DNA of 64,000 nt from an uncultured delta proteobacterium (GTDB taxonomy: Bacteria; Myxococcota; Myxococcia; Myxococcales; Anaeromyxobacteraceae): contig CAWJSR010000031.1 of NCBI GenBank assembly GCA_963845515.1, forward strand, positions 25,659 to 89,658, written 5' to 3'. The stretch's first letter is position 1. Each line of letters starts with the position of its first letter. The notes below the pieces were generated by a model that did not search any database, was not told the origin of the DNA, and saw nothing but the letters and a program-made list of their open reading frames with translations. Made by a program: the position numbers and the translations under genes. Of this stretch, positions 1-10,636 are shown piece by piece.

Positions 1-360
1 GGGCGCGATCGCCGGGCTGGCCGGCTTCCTGTTCGCGGTGAAGGACGGCTTCGTCAACCCCGAGCTGCTGAGCTGGCACCTGTCGGGCGCGGTGCTGATC
101 ATGATCATCCTCGGCGGCCTCGGCCACCTGCGCGGCGCGCTGATCGGCGCCTTCGCCTTCGCGCTGCTGCAGGAGTTCTTCAAGTCCGAGGCGATCTTCG
201 GCGCCTTCGCCAAGCACTGGCATGCTGGGCCTGGGCCTGACCATCATCGCCAGCGTGGCGCTGCTGCCGCGCGGCCTGGTCGGCGTGCCGGCGCAGTTGC
301 GCGAGCGGCTCGACCGGCGCGTCGGCCGCCGTGCGCAGGCCGCGGAGGCGGCGGCGATGA
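1..360 (+). CDS. Branched-chain amino acid ABC transporter permease (LivM-like), 5' partial, frameshifted
   Basis: Hydrophobic GFVNPELLSWHLSGAVLIMIILGGLGHLRGALIGA motif typical of LivM; continues in another frame (LGLGLTIIASVALLPRGLVG). Confidence 0.85.
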
Positions 361-1124
361 GCGGCGAGCCTGACATGCTGCTGCGCGGCCACGACATCAC
401 GCGCCGCTGGGGCGGCCTGGTGGCGGTGGACAAGGTGTCGATCGAGCTCGAGCGCGGCAGCGTGCACGCGGTGATCGGCACCAACGGCGCCGGCAAGTCG
501 ACGCTGATCAACATGCTGTCCGGCGAGATCCCGCCCATCGCGCGGCCGCGTCGAGCTGCTGGGGCAGGACGTGACCGCCTGGTCGCAGCCGCGCCGCGCC
601 CGCGCCGGCCTGGGCCGCAGCTACCAGCGCACCACCATCTATCCCGAGCTTCACGCGTGTTCGAGAACTGCCGCCTGGCGGCGCAGGCGCGCACGCAGAC
701 GCCCTGGGACTGGTGGCAGCGACGCGCAGCGCTGCGCGGCCAGCACCGCCGCGGCGCGCGAGGCCGCCGACGCGCGCCGGCCTGGGCGACGTGCTGCGAC
801 CGCCAGGCCGGCCTGCTGTCGCACGGCCAGAAGCGCCAGCTCGAGATCGCCATGTGCCTGGCCACCGCAGCCGCAGGTGCTGCTGCTCGACGAGCCGCTG
901 GCCGGCATGGGCGCCGAGGAGACCGAGCGCATGCTGGCGCTGCTGGCCGAGCTGAAGGCCGGCCACGCGATCCTGCTGGTCGAGCACGACATGGACGCGG
1001 TGTTCCGCATCGCCGACCGCATCACGGTGATGGTCAACGGCGCGGTCATCGCCTCGCGACACGCCGCGAGGCGGTGCGCACCAACCCCGAGGTGCAGACC
1101 GCCTACCTGGGCGAGGAGCACTGA
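357..1124 (+). CDS. ABC transporter ATP-binding protein (LivG-like), several frameshifts
   Basis: Walker A GTNGAGKST, LSHGQKRQLEIA signature, LLLDEP Walker B, VEHD and C-terminal NPEVQTAYLG spread over 3 frames. Confidence 0.9.
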   Translation: MSGEPDMLLRGHDITRRWGGLVAVDKVSIELERGSVHAVIGTNGAGKSTLINMLSGEIPPIARPRRAAGAGRDRLVAAAPRPRRPGPQLPAHHHLSRASRVFENCRLAAQARTQTPWDWWQRRAALRGQHRRGARGRRRAPAWATCCDRQAGLLSHGQKRQLEIAMCLATAAAGAAARRAAGRHGRRGDRAHAGAAGRAEGRPRDPAGRARHGRGVPHRRPHHGDGQRRGHRLATRREAVRTNPEVQTAYLGEEH

Positions 1125-1126
1125 GC

Positions 1127-1854
1127 ATGACACGCACCAGGACCCGCTGCTCGACGCGCACGGGCCTGCACGCCTGGTACGGCTCCAGCCACGTGCTGCA
1201 CGGCGTCGACCTGCAGCATCGCGCGCGGCCAGACGGTGGGCCTGCTCGGCCGCAACGGCATGGGCAAGAGCACGCTGATCCGCACGCTGCTCGGGCCACG
1301 TGACGCAGCGCGACGGGCAGCATCCAGCTGTTCGGCCAGGACATGCTCGCGGGCCAGGCCGCACGAGGTGGCGCGCCTGGGCGTGGCCTACGTGCCCGAA
1401 GGCCGCGGCGTGTTCCCGAACCTGACGCGTGCGCGAGAACCTGGTGATGGCCGCGCGCCGCGGCCGCGACGGCCGCGACGACTGGACGCTACGAGCGCGT
1501 GCTGCAGACCTTCCCGCGGCTGACGGAGCGCCTCGACCAACCTGGGCGCGCAGCTGTCCGGCGGCGAGCAGCAGATGCTGTCGATCGGCCGCGCGCTGAT
1601 GACGCACCCGGAGCTGATCATCCTGGACGAGGCCACCGAAGGCCTGGCGCCGCTGATCGTGGCCGAGATCTGGCGCGTCATCGGCGAGATCCGCGCAGAC
1701 GGCATCGCCACGCTGATCGTCGACCGCGACTACCGCCGCGTGCTGGCGCACAGCCGACCAGGCGCTGGTGCTGCAGAAGGGGCAGGTCGTGCTCAGCGGT
1801 GCGGCCGAGAAGGTGGCCGCGAGCGCGGCGTTGTCGACGTATCTGGGGCTGTGA
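1127..1854 (+). CDS. ABC transporter ATP-binding protein (LivF-like), several frameshifts
   Basis: GRNGMGKST, YVPEGRGVFPNLT, LSGGEQQML, ILDEATEGLAP. Confidence 0.9.
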
Positions 1855-1931
1855 ATTGCCTGATCCAAGCGGATCGGTCGGGGCATGGACCTCAGATCCG
1901 CCTCGACGTTGAGCGTTGCCCGCTTCGTGCA

Positions 1932-2702
1932 TCACCTGTTCGCGATGCGCCTCGGCCCCAGCCGGCAGCTGTGACGCAGCACCTGGAAACCCAACGCTGC
2001 GATGAACGGCCTGCTCAGCCTCGGCGTGTTTCGGCCTGCAGACGATGCCTGTCCGGCACGACGATCTTGCGACCTTCGACGTGCAGCAGTCCGGCGTTGG
2101 CCAACTCGTGCAGGATCCGGGAGAAGTGCTCGGGTGTCAGGTTCAACTGCGAGGCGATCTCGCCTTTGGCCGCGGGCAGCGTCAGCGCAAAGGCCGCGCT
2201 CGCCGCGGCCGTGACGCAGCAGATAGTCGACGAAGCGCTCGGTACCCGTGCCCAGCGCCTGACGGTCGAGTTCTCGCACCAGCCGCTCGACGCGCTGGCT
2301 CAGACCCGCGATCATCCGGCGCGCGAACTTCGGGTTGCGCTCGAGTTCGGCGAACACGGCGTCCTTGGGCACGTGCAGCACCAGCGCGTCGCTGGCCGCC
2401 TGGGCGTCGACCAGCGTCGGCCGCTCCAGGAACATCACCGGCTCGCCGAAGCTCTGCCCCGGCCCGACGATGCCGGACAGCCGCGACCGTTGCGCCGGCG
2501 TGCTCGAGATCAGCTTGATCTCGCCATAGACAACGACGTACATCCCCGTTGCGGGCTCGCCCTTGCGGAACAGTACTTCGCCGCGCTCGAGCCGGCGCCG
2601 TGTCGTGCATGCCGCAAGACGAGCCAGCGCCGCAGCATCCAGCGCCTTGAACAGCGGCAAGCCGGCCAGGAAGGCCTCGCAGGCAGTTCCTTGCGGCGCC
2701 AT
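1932..2702 (-). CDS. Crp/Fnr-family transcriptional regulator (Dnr-like); C-terminal HTH frameshifted, so the 3' end is approximate
   Basis: cNMP-binding-fold motifs LFRKGEPATGMY and GPGQSFGE; alternate frame gives IASQLNLTPEHFSRIL HTH. Confidence 0.85.
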   Translation of the reverse strand: MAPQGTACEAFLAGLPLFKALDAAALARLAACTTRRRLERGEVLFRKGEPATGMYVVVYGEIKLISSTPAQRSRLSGIVGPGQSFGEPVMFLERPTLVDAQAASDALVLHVPKDAVFAELERNPKFARRMIAGLSQRVERLVRELDRQALGTGTERFVDYLLRHGRGERGLCADAARGQRRDRLAVEPDTRALLPDPARVGQRRTAARRRSQDRRAGQASSAGRNTPRLSRPFIAALGFQVLRHSCRLGPRRIANR

Positions 2703-2708
2703 GCCGGC

Positions 2709-3316
2709 TCAGTTCACGACGCTGATCAGTGCGGGGTCGTCGGCATGCTCGACCAGGATCGTCCGCACCCAGCCTTGCCAGGCGTCGGCAAAGGCCTTGC
2801 GCGTGGCCGCGTCCGCGCCCGGCGTCAGCGCCTTGCGCATCAATGCGGCAAGCGTCGCCGGCCGCGGCACCGCCTGCGGCCGATGCGCCAGTTCGACCGC
2901 CTGGCCGGTGTCCAGCCGCGTGAAGCGGATCTCGCCCGTCATCGGCACGCCGAAGCGCAGCAGACCGTCGCGCGCGAAGCGGCCCGCCAGCCCCTTGAAT
3001 CCGCCCTCGTTCGCGGCACCGGTGATCAGGCCCGCGACGCTGGCGATCACGCCGGCCACGCCCTCGTCGACGCGCCTGGCGCAGTTCGACCCGCACCTCG
3101 CCGCGGCGGGGCATGTCCTGCGGGTACAGGCGCGCCAGCGCCGTGCGCGTCATCAGCCAGGCGCCGGCCACGGTCGGGCATGAATGGCCGGCGAGCTTGA
3201 CCGCATCGAGGTAGCGGTACTCGATCACCCCGCCCTCGGCCGCACCCAGCAGGTCGGCCAGCGGGTCGACCACGCTGATCGGCGGCACGTGCGTCGAAGA
3301 AGGCGGGAGCTTCATG
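2709..3316 (-). CDS. FmdE-like hypothetical protein, frameshifted near 3065
   Basis: YRYLDAVKLAGHSCPTVAGAWLM resembles the FmdE H-x-C motif; C-half GVIASVAGLITGAANEGGFKGL in second frame. Confidence 0.65.
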
Positions 3317-3419
3317 ATGTCGCCATCTCTCAAGCGCCGCGCACGCGCAAGCGAGCTGGCCCAGCCGCTGCCGCACCAACCGTGCGCCGACCAGCACGGC
3401 GGCCGGGTACCTCGCACGG

Positions 3420-3757
3420 CCTCCTCGTCCGCGCATGCTCACCACAGCATCTTGAACCGGCCGTGCGGACGATCTCGCGTGCGGCACATGGGCCGGCATG
3501 AGCAGGGTGTCGCCCTCTGCAAGCCGATAGCCGGCGCCGCCGACTTGAATGTCGGCAGTGCCTCGACGCCGATCACCAGCGCATCGAAGGGCGCCGGCAT
3601 GCTCGCTCAGCCCTTCCCCACCTTCGAAGGCGAACAGGGTCGACACTGCCACCCGCGTCGGCAAGCGCGGCTGACCACGGCCTTGTCCTGGACTGAAGCA
3701 GCTGCATCAGGTTTTCCACCTTGGGTGGACGTGCGTTGGCTGGTCGGATCGTTCATG
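3420..3757 (-). CDS. Cupin domain protein, frameshifted
   Basis: TLFAFEGGEGLSEH and EGDTLLMPAHVPHA cupin motifs. Confidence 0.75.
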
Positions 3758-3867
3758 ACCTCATCCGCTCGGCCGTCGGGTGGCCTGACGCAGCGGCTCG
3801 TGCAGGCGTCGTGCTCTGTGCAGGGTGCGGGGAATCTCGAACTTCATGATCGTGACTCCTTGGGATT

Positions 3868-4378
3868 TCAGTGCAGGCCTGCGGATCGGCTTGAAGCCGG
3901 GGTGGTCGAAGTGGCTGCCGTACTGGTTGACGGCCTGCGCCACCTTCACCAGGCCCAGCGCCGGGCGCAGCTTGGCGTTCTTGCCGGCCATCGCGTCGGT
4001 GCCCTCACCGAGGTCGGCGATCACCAGGTGCAGCATCGCGTCGGCCTTCGGCTCGAGCTTGCAGTTGGCGACGATGCCGCCGACTTCGGTCTCGATCTGC
4101 GTGGCCAGCTCGCGGTACTGCGCGGGCGTGAGCTTGCCGGCGTGCGCCGCGCCCAGCTGCGGTTCGACCAGGCCGCGGATGCGCCCCATGCCGTCGCGCA
4201 GCGGCTCGTCGGTGCCCCACTTGTGGCCCTGGTTCAGGGTGAGCTTGTGCGGCGCGGCCGCGTCGTGGCTGTGCGTCGCGGTTTGCGCCAGCGCCGGACC
4301 GCCGACGCAGCGACCAGCACCGCTGCCGCAGCGGCGCCCGATGAACAGATGTCCGATTTCGACGGTGCCATCTCGCAT
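3868..4378 (-). CDS. DnrO-like periplasmic protein
   Basis: [20 protein letters not shown] and [16 protein letters not shown] resemble the DnrO family; ends uncertain because of indels. Confidence 0.65.
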
Positions 4379-4560
4379 CTCCTTGGGGTTGCGGAGGCAT
4401 CCATTGCCTTCACTGCTGGGTCAGATCGGGCGGGATGGGTTCGATCGCACCTTCGACTTCCTTAGGAATCATCAAGAAATTGGCCGTGCACACCAGGGAC
4501 TGCAGGCGCTATATGGACTTCTGCCCGCTCGGGAGGATCCCGTGGCGTCGGAGGTTGCCG

Positions 4561-5322
4561 ATGCATCGCTTCCACATCTACCGTTACGACCCGGACATCG
4601 ATGCGCCGCCGCGCATGCAGACCTACGAGCTCGAGGTCGAGCGAGCGACCGCATGCTGCTCGACGTGCTGATCAAGCTGAAGGCGCTCGACCCCACCCTC
4701 AGCTTCCGCCGCTCCTGCCGCGAAGGCGTCTGCGGCTCCGACGCCATGAACATCAACGGCAAGAACGGGCTGGCCTGCCTGACCAACATGCGCGCGCTGC
4801 CGAACAGCCGTGGTGCTCAAGCCGCTGCCGGGTCTGCCGGTGATCCGCGACCTGTTCGTCGACATGACCGGCTTCTTCAAGCAGTACCACTCGATCAAGC
4901 CGTGGCTCGTCAACGACGATCCGCCGCCGGAGCGCGAGCGGCTGCAGTCGCCCGAGGCGCGCGACGAGCTCAACGGCTTGTACGAGTGCATCCTGTGCGC
5001 CTGCTGCTCGTCCGCCTGCCCGAGCTTCTGGTGGAACCCGGACAAGTACGTCGGGCCGGCCGGCCTGCTGCAGGCCTACCGCTTCCTGGTCGACAGCCGC
5101 GACCAGGCGACCGGCGAGCGGCTCGACAACCTCGAGGACCCGTACCGTCTGTTCCGCTGCCGCACGATCCTGAACTGCACCGACGTCTGCCCGAAGGGAC
5201 TGAACCCGGCACTGGCGATCGGCCAGATCCGCGACATGCTGGTACGGCGCGCGAATATGAACGTACTCGGGGCCAGCCGGGTCACTTCACCAAGCACCCG
5301 CGCGCCTGCTGTCTTTGTTTGA
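4561..5322 (+). CDS. sdhB: Succinate dehydrogenase iron-sulfur subunit, two frameshifts
   Basis: [61 protein letters not shown]. Confidence 0.95.
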
Positions 5323-5379
5323 CCACGTGGCTGGGACTGGGAACGCACCGGCCGCGGACCGCTGCTGGCCGACATGGCG

Positions 5380-5890
5380 TCACGAACGCACCCACCCCGC
5401 CGGCACCGGCAGCCGCGGCCGATGCGGCTCCATCGCGCTCAGCGCATGCACCTGCGCCATCGACGCCAGGCAACGCCGCGTCAGCGCCTGGTAGATCAAG
5501 GTACCCTCGTGCTTGCCGGTGACCTCCTGATCGGTCAGTTCGCGTTGGTTGCGCGCCGGCAGGCCCGAGGCCAGCCAGCGCGCCGGCACCTTCATGCCGG
5601 CACGCACGAAGGCACAGGCGGCGACGATGGCCTGCTCACCGATCTCGGCTTCGTCCATGACCACTGGCGTTGATGCCGACCAGTGCGCCGCGGCGTACCA
5701 CGCAGGCATGCAGCACAGCCCCGTGCCCGATGTGGCCGTTTTCCTCGACCACCGTGTCGGCAAAGGGAAAGCCGTGCACGATGCAGCTGTCCTGCACGTT
5801 GGCACCGGCGTGCAGCACGATGCGGCCAAAGTCGGCGCAGCGACCCACAGGGCCCTACGTAGCAGCCGGGGCCGACGATCACGTCGCCGA
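5380..5890 (-). pseudogene. paaY: PaaY / gamma-carbonic-anhydrase-like hexapeptide protein, N-terminus missing at junction ~5890
   Basis: [64 protein letters not shown] across frames; no start region upstream. Confidence 0.75.
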
Positions 5891-6080
5891 GGAGCTCCGC
5901 ACCGGCGCCGCCGACGGGGCGCGGCTCAGGGCGGCCCTGGCACAGGTCGCGCGCGAGCGTGACGACGCGGCCGGCGAGCTGGATCGGACCCGGCGCGAGC
6001 GGGACGAGCTGGCGTCGGCGAAGCGGGCGCTCGAGCAGGTCCACACGGCGCTCGCGCAGGCGCGCGCGCGACTCGGGTAG
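5881..6080 (+). CDS. C-terminal fragment of a coiled-coil protein (5' end lost at junction)
   Basis: VAEELRTG...VARERDDAAGELDRTRRERDELASAKRALEQVH heptad-like, ends TAG 6080. Confidence 0.5.
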
Positions 6081-6084
6081 CTGC

Positions 6085-6123
6085 TCCCTCACCCTGACCC
6101 TCTCCCTCGATGAGGGAGAGGGA
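6085..6123. repeat. REP-like palindrome (CCCTCACCCTGACCCTCTCCCTC-GAT-GAGGGAGAGGG)
   Basis: Perfect hairpin; related copies at 8310-8421 and 20327-20368. Confidence 0.75.
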
Positions 6124-6148
6124 ATTCCTCCGGGAGACGATCCGCGTG

Positions 6149-7298
6149 ATGAACGTTCCGCAGAACCCGGTCCTCGGCCGCATCCGGAAGAACCTCTCCG
6201 TCGAGCTGGAGGAGCGCCGCAAGGCGCTCGCCGCGCAGGGGAAGCGGCTCTTCGACTTCGGCCTCGGCGATCCGAAGGAGCCGACCCCCGCCTTCATCCG
6301 CGAGGCGCTGCGCGCCGCGGTCCCGGAGGTCTCGCAGTACCCGAGCGCCGCGGGGAGCCCGGCGTTCCGCGCCGCGTGCGCCGGCTACGTGAAGCGCCGC
6401 TTCGCCGTCCAGCTCGATCCCGAGACCCAGGTCGCCCCGTGCGCCGGCGCGAAGGAGGCCATCTTCCACCTCCCGCTGGCCTTCGCAGGCGATCCGGCGC
6501 GGCGCAAGGTGGTGATGCCGGACCCCGGCTACCCCACCTACGACGTGGGGGCCCGGTTCGCCGGGCTCGAGCCGGTGCCGGTCCCGCTCACCGCCCGCAA
6601 CCGGTTCCTGATCGAGCCGGAGGCGCTGGGCGAGGCGCTCCTCCGCGAGACGCTGATCTTCTGGGTCTCCTACCCGCACAACCCCACCGGCGCCATCGCG
6701 CCGCGCGACTACCTCGAGCGCGTCGGGCGCGCGGCCGTCGAGCACGGCTTCATCGTCGCCTCGGACGAGTGCTACGCGGACATCTACTTCGGCGAGCCCC
6801 CGCCCTCGATGCTGGAGGTCCAGACTCGAGAACGTCATCGCGATCCACAGCTGCTCCAAGCGGAGCGGGATGACGGGCTACCGGAGCGGCTTCATGGCGG
6901 GCGACCGGGAGCTGGTCGGCGTGCTGAAGAGGCTGCGGAGCCATCCCGGGCTCGCGTCGCCGGAGTTCGTGCCGGCGGCTGCGACGGCGGCCTGGAGCGA
7001 CGACGCCCACGCGGCCGAGCGGCGTGAGATCTTCCGCGCCAAGAGAGAGCGGTTCCTCCGGTTCTTCTCCGGGCATGGGCTCGTCGCGGACGCGTCGGAG
7101 GCCACCCTCTACATCTGGCTGCGCGTGCCGGCGGGACGGACCGCCTCGGCGTACGCGCTGCGGCTGCTGGAGGAGGGGATCGTGGTCGCGCCGGGGACCG
7201 CGTTCGGCGCTGGCGAAGGGTATGTCCGGGTGGCGCTGGTGCCGACGCTGGACGAGTGTGACGAGGCCATCGCGGCCTGGTCGAGGATCGAGCGATGA
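6149..7298 (+). CDS. dapC: PLP-dependent class I/II aminotransferase, probable succinyldiaminopimelate transaminase; frameshift ~6830
   Basis: DFGLGDPKEPTP, YPHNPTG, SDECY, HSCSKRSGMTGYRSGF; directly upstream of dapD and dapE. Confidence 0.85.
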
Positions 7299-8120
7299 GC
7301 GACTGGGGTGACGTTGAGGCGCGGATCGCGGCCGCCTGGGCGGATCGCGCGAAGCTGGGCGAGGCGGCCTCCCGGGAGGCGGTGCTGGCTGCCGTCGACG
7401 GGCTGGACCGCGGCGAGCTGCGGATCGCCGAGAAGCGTGACGGCGAGTGGAGGGTCAACGCCTGGCTGATGCAGGCCGTGAACCTCTACTTCGCCGTGAC
7501 GAGCATGGAGGTCTTCGACTACGGCCCCTTCCAGAGCCGCGACAAGATCCCGCTCAAGAAGAACCTGGAGGCCGCCGGGATCCGCGTCCTGCCGGGCGGC
7601 ATCGCGCGCTACGGCAGCTACCTGGCGCCGGGGGCGGTGCTCCTGCCCGGCTTCGTCAACATCGGGGCCCGCGTCGGCGCAGGCACGATGGTCGACACGT
7701 GGGCCACCGTCGGCTCCTGCGCGCAGGTCGGGGAGAACGTCCACCTCGCCGGCGGCGTCGGGATCGGCGGCGTGCTGGAGCCGCCCGGTGCCCGCCCCAA
7801 CATCATCGAGGACGGCTGCTTCATCGGGAGCCGCTGCATCGTCGTCGAGGGGACGCTGGTCGAGGAGGAGTCGGTCCTTGGCGCCAACACGGTGATCACC
7901 GGCGTCGACCCCCATCATCGACGTGACGGGTCCGAAGGAGGTCATCTACAAGGGACGCGTCCCGGCCCGCTCCGTGGTCATCCCGGGGACGCGGCCGAAG
8001 CAGTACCCGGCAGGCGTCTTCCAGATCCCCTGCGCGCTCATCGTGGGCAAGCGGACCCCCTCGACCGACAAGAAGGTCTCGCTCAACCAGGCCCTGCGCG
8101 ACTTCGAGGTGCAGATCTGA
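7295..8120 (+). CDS. dapD: Tetrahydrodipicolinate N-succinyltransferase; frameshift ~7905
   Basis: DKIPLK, VNIGARVGAGTMVDTWATVGSCAQVG, GGVLEP, C-terminal TDKKVSLNQALR. Confidence 0.95.
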
Positions 8121-9328
8121 TGACGCTGTCCCACCCCCGCCCGGCAGAGCTGGCCGAGTCGCTCGGTGAGCGGGCGGAGGCGCTCTGCGCGACGCCGTCG
8201 CCGATCGGCGAGGAGGCTGAGCTCTGCGCAGAGCTGGAGGTCTGGGCGCGCGCCCTCTTCCCCGCGGTCCAGCGGGTGAAGAGCTCGCTGGTCGTCTGGA
8301 TCGACGGAGCCCCCCTCGCCCCTTCCCAGGGGACTCACCCTCTCCCCCGTCGGGGGAGAGGCCCTTCACCTACGGAAAACTCCCCTCTCCCCCACCGGGG
8401 GAGAGGGCAGGGTGAGGGGGCCCTCGATCGCCCCCTGCTCGCCCTCGTCGGCCACGTCGACACCGTCCCCGTCCACGAGCTCGACCGCGGTCGCCAGCCG
8501 CGGCGCGAAGGCGGGCGGCTCTACGGTCCCGGCGCCTCGGACATGAAGGGCGGCGTCGCGGTGATGATGGAGCTGGCCGAGCGGCTGCCGCGCGCCGAGC
8601 GGTTCTGCGACCTCGTCCTCGTCCTCTACGCGCGCGAGGAGGGGCCGTTCCTGGAGAACGAGCTGGGGGACGTCCTGCGCGAGGTCCCCGCGCTCTCCCG
8701 CGCCGCGCTCGCGATCTGCCCCGAGCCGACCGACAACCTCGTGCAGCTCGGCTGCCTGGGCTCCATCCACGCGACCTTCACCTTCGCCGGCCGCGCGGCC
8801 CACTCCGCCCGCCCGTGGCAGGGAGAGAACGCGATCCACCGGGCCGGCGCGCTCCTCGCCGAGCTCCACGGCCGGCCGCCGCGCGACGCCAGCTCGGGCG
8901 GCCACGTCTTCCGCGAGGTCCTCTCGGCGACGCTGATCGAGGGCGGCCGCGCCCGGAACGTCGTGCCGGAGCGCTGCGCGCTCAACCTGAACTACCGCTT
9001 CGCGCCGGACAAGACGCTCGAGGCGGCCTCGGAGGAGCTGCAGGCGCTCGCGCGCCGGCACGCCGCCGGGATCGAGCTGGTCGACCTGGCGCCCGCCTGC
9101 CCCGCGTACGGGGACCACCCGCTGGTGCAGCGGCTCCTCGAGCGGACCGGCGTGGGGGCGGAGCCGAAGCAGGCCTGGACCGACGTCGCGCGGCTCGCCG
9201 CGCAGGGGATCCCGGCCGTCAACTTCGGCCCGGGCGCGACGAGCCAGGCGCACCAGCAGGGCGAGTGGATCGACCTCGCCGAGCTGGTGCGCGGCTACGA
9301 GCTGTTCGAGAGCTTCTTGCGGGCGTGA
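8120..9328 (+). CDS. dapE: Succinyl-diaminopimelate desuccinylase (M20 family) with in-frame palindromic insertion
   Basis: GHVDTVP, GPGASDMKGG, REEG, EPT, AHSARPWQG, AWTD, FGPG...AH; operon with dapC/dapD. Confidence 0.9.
   Translation: MTLSHPRPAELAESLGERAEALCATPSPIGEEAELCAELEVWARALFPAVQRVKSSLVVWIDGAPLAPSQGTHPLPRRGRGPSPTENSPLPHRGRGQGEGALDRPLLALVGHVDTVPVHELDRGRQPRREGGRLYGPGASDMKGGVAVMMELAERLPRAERFCDLVLVLYAREEGPFLENELGDVLREVPALSRAALAICPEPTDNLVQLGCLGSIHATFTFAGRAAHSARPWQGENAIHRAGALLAELHGRPPRDASSGGHVFREVLSATLIEGGRARNVVPERCALNLNYRFAPDKTLEAASEELQALARRHAAGIELVDLAPACPAYGDHPLVQRLLERTGVGAEPKQAWTDVARLAAQGIPAVNFGPGATSQAHQQGEWIDLAELVRGYELFESFLRA
8310..8421. repeat. Doublet palindromic element inside dapE
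   Basis: Two CCTCTCCCCC-N3/4-GGGGGAGAGG hairpins within inverted ends CCCCCTCGCCC / GGGTGAGGGGG. Confidence 0.85.
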
Positions 9329-9353
9329 GCCGCCCCGGGGCGAGGCAGCGTCC

Positions 9354-10505
9354 TCAGGGAGGGAGCACCGAGTCCCAAGGCTGGTCGTCGAGCATGGCCT
9401 GGAGCCAGGCGTCGAGGGCGGTCGCGCCGGTGACGTGCGTGGCGACGTAGGACCCTGCGCCGCAGACCCCCACGGGCGTCAGCAGCATGTGGCCGCCGCC
9501 GTCGTCGTAGAAGGCCCTCGCGTTGCCCGTGGAGCGGAGGACGTCGCTCTCCAGCTGGCGGACATCGGTCTCGAACTGGGTCCCCGTGTCGAGCATGAAG
9601 GGGCCCATCACCGTGTCCTGGGTGTACGAGACGAGCGCGAGCCGATCGTCCGGGTGCATCTCCGAGAGCTCGGTGAAGGCCATCGAGAAGTCGTACCGGC
9701 AGTCGAGGCAGAAGGGGTCCGTCGCGACGCCCAGCCGCCAGTTGGCGAACCAGGCCTGGCGGAAGTCGGCGGGGACGTCGTTCGCCACGAGGGCGGGGCC
9801 TGAGTCGTCGATCAGGTAGCCCCGGGCGTCCGGCCAGTACCAGCGGAAGGCCTCGTAGTTGACGAGCGCGCCGAAGCCTCCGGCCGAGGAGCCGGCGACG
9901 ACGACCTTCCCCGGGTTGGGGAACGTGGCGCCGAGCCGCTTCAGGTAGGCCATCACGTTGGCGTGCCCCTTGTGGCGCCACGTGATGACGTCTGGCCAGA
10001 CACCGTACTCGACCACGTTGTCGCCGCCGTGGACGTCGCCCGTGCAGTACGGGACGAAGACTATGGTCGCGCCGGCGAGCGACGGCGGCAGGAGGGCGCG
10101 GTCCGTGAGCGAGCAGGGGATGTAGTCCCGCGCCTCGACCTGGAACTTCGCCGAGTCGTAGCCCCGGTCCACGGCGGCTCCGGCGGCGCAGGTCGCGTAG
10201 TTCCAGCATGCCCCGCCGCCGTCGAAGAAGACGAGCAGATCGTCGGTTCCGCCGTCGGCGGGCGGGAGCCAGTCCACGGCGAGGCCGGTGGTCGATCCGT
10301 TGCCGCAGGTCGAGTCCGGGAACGGTATCCAGCGCCAGTTGGAGGGTGCTCCGTCGACGTCCAGGGGCGCGAAGTCGGCCAGGACGATGGGCGCTCCGAG
10401 CGGCGGCTTGCCCGCGTAGCCCTTCTTCGACACGGGCGTCGTGTTCGGAGCACAGCCAGCGGCGGTGGCTATCAGAACGACCCCAGCCAAGTGCGCGTAC
10501 TTCAT
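9354..10505 (-). CDS. Pectin-acetylesterase-family alpha/beta hydrolase lipoprotein
   Basis: Lipobox AAGC, FFDGGGACW, VPYCTGDVHGG, nucleophile GSSAGG, IDDSG. Confidence 0.85.
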   Translation of the reverse strand: MKYAHLAGVVLIATAAGCAPNTTPVSKKGYAGKPPLGAPIVLADFAPLDVDGAPSNWRWIPFPDSTCGNGSTTGLAVDWLPPADGGTDDLLVFFDGGGACWNYATCAAGAAVDRGYDSAKFQVEARDYIPCSLTDRALLPPSLAGATIVFVPYCTGDVHGGDNVVEYGVWPDVITWRHKGHANVMAYLKRLGATFPNPGKVVVAGSSAGGFGALVNYEAFRWYWPDARGYLIDDSGPALVANDVPADFRQAWFANWRLGVATDPFCLDCRYDFSMAFTELSEMHPDDRLALVSYTQDTVMGPFMLDTGTQFETDVRQLESDVLRSTGNARAFYDDGGGHMLLTPVGVCGAGSYVATHVTGATALDAWLQAMLDDQPWDSVLPP

Positions 10506-10636
10506 GCGGTTGGATCTCCTCGTGGACGGCTCGACCTCGCGACCTGCGCGGGAGATGCAAGAGCGCGCCCGCCTACCTTCACACACAGTCGGGTAGGGGC
10601 GTTCCCCCGCCAGAGGGGCGAGCCTATGATCCGATC

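Noticed and set aside
1575..5522. Long antisense ORFs (e.g. 1575-3200, 3825-5522 and many similar ones across the window)
   Set aside because: Shadow ORFs expected in ~70% GC DNA opposite recognisable genes; Arg/Pro/Ala-rich with no motifs
7295..9328. Apparent DapD-DapE fusion (677 aa ORF)
   Set aside because: Artefact of a single indel at ~7905; the true DapD C-terminus is in ORF 7923-8120 and dapE starts at 8120
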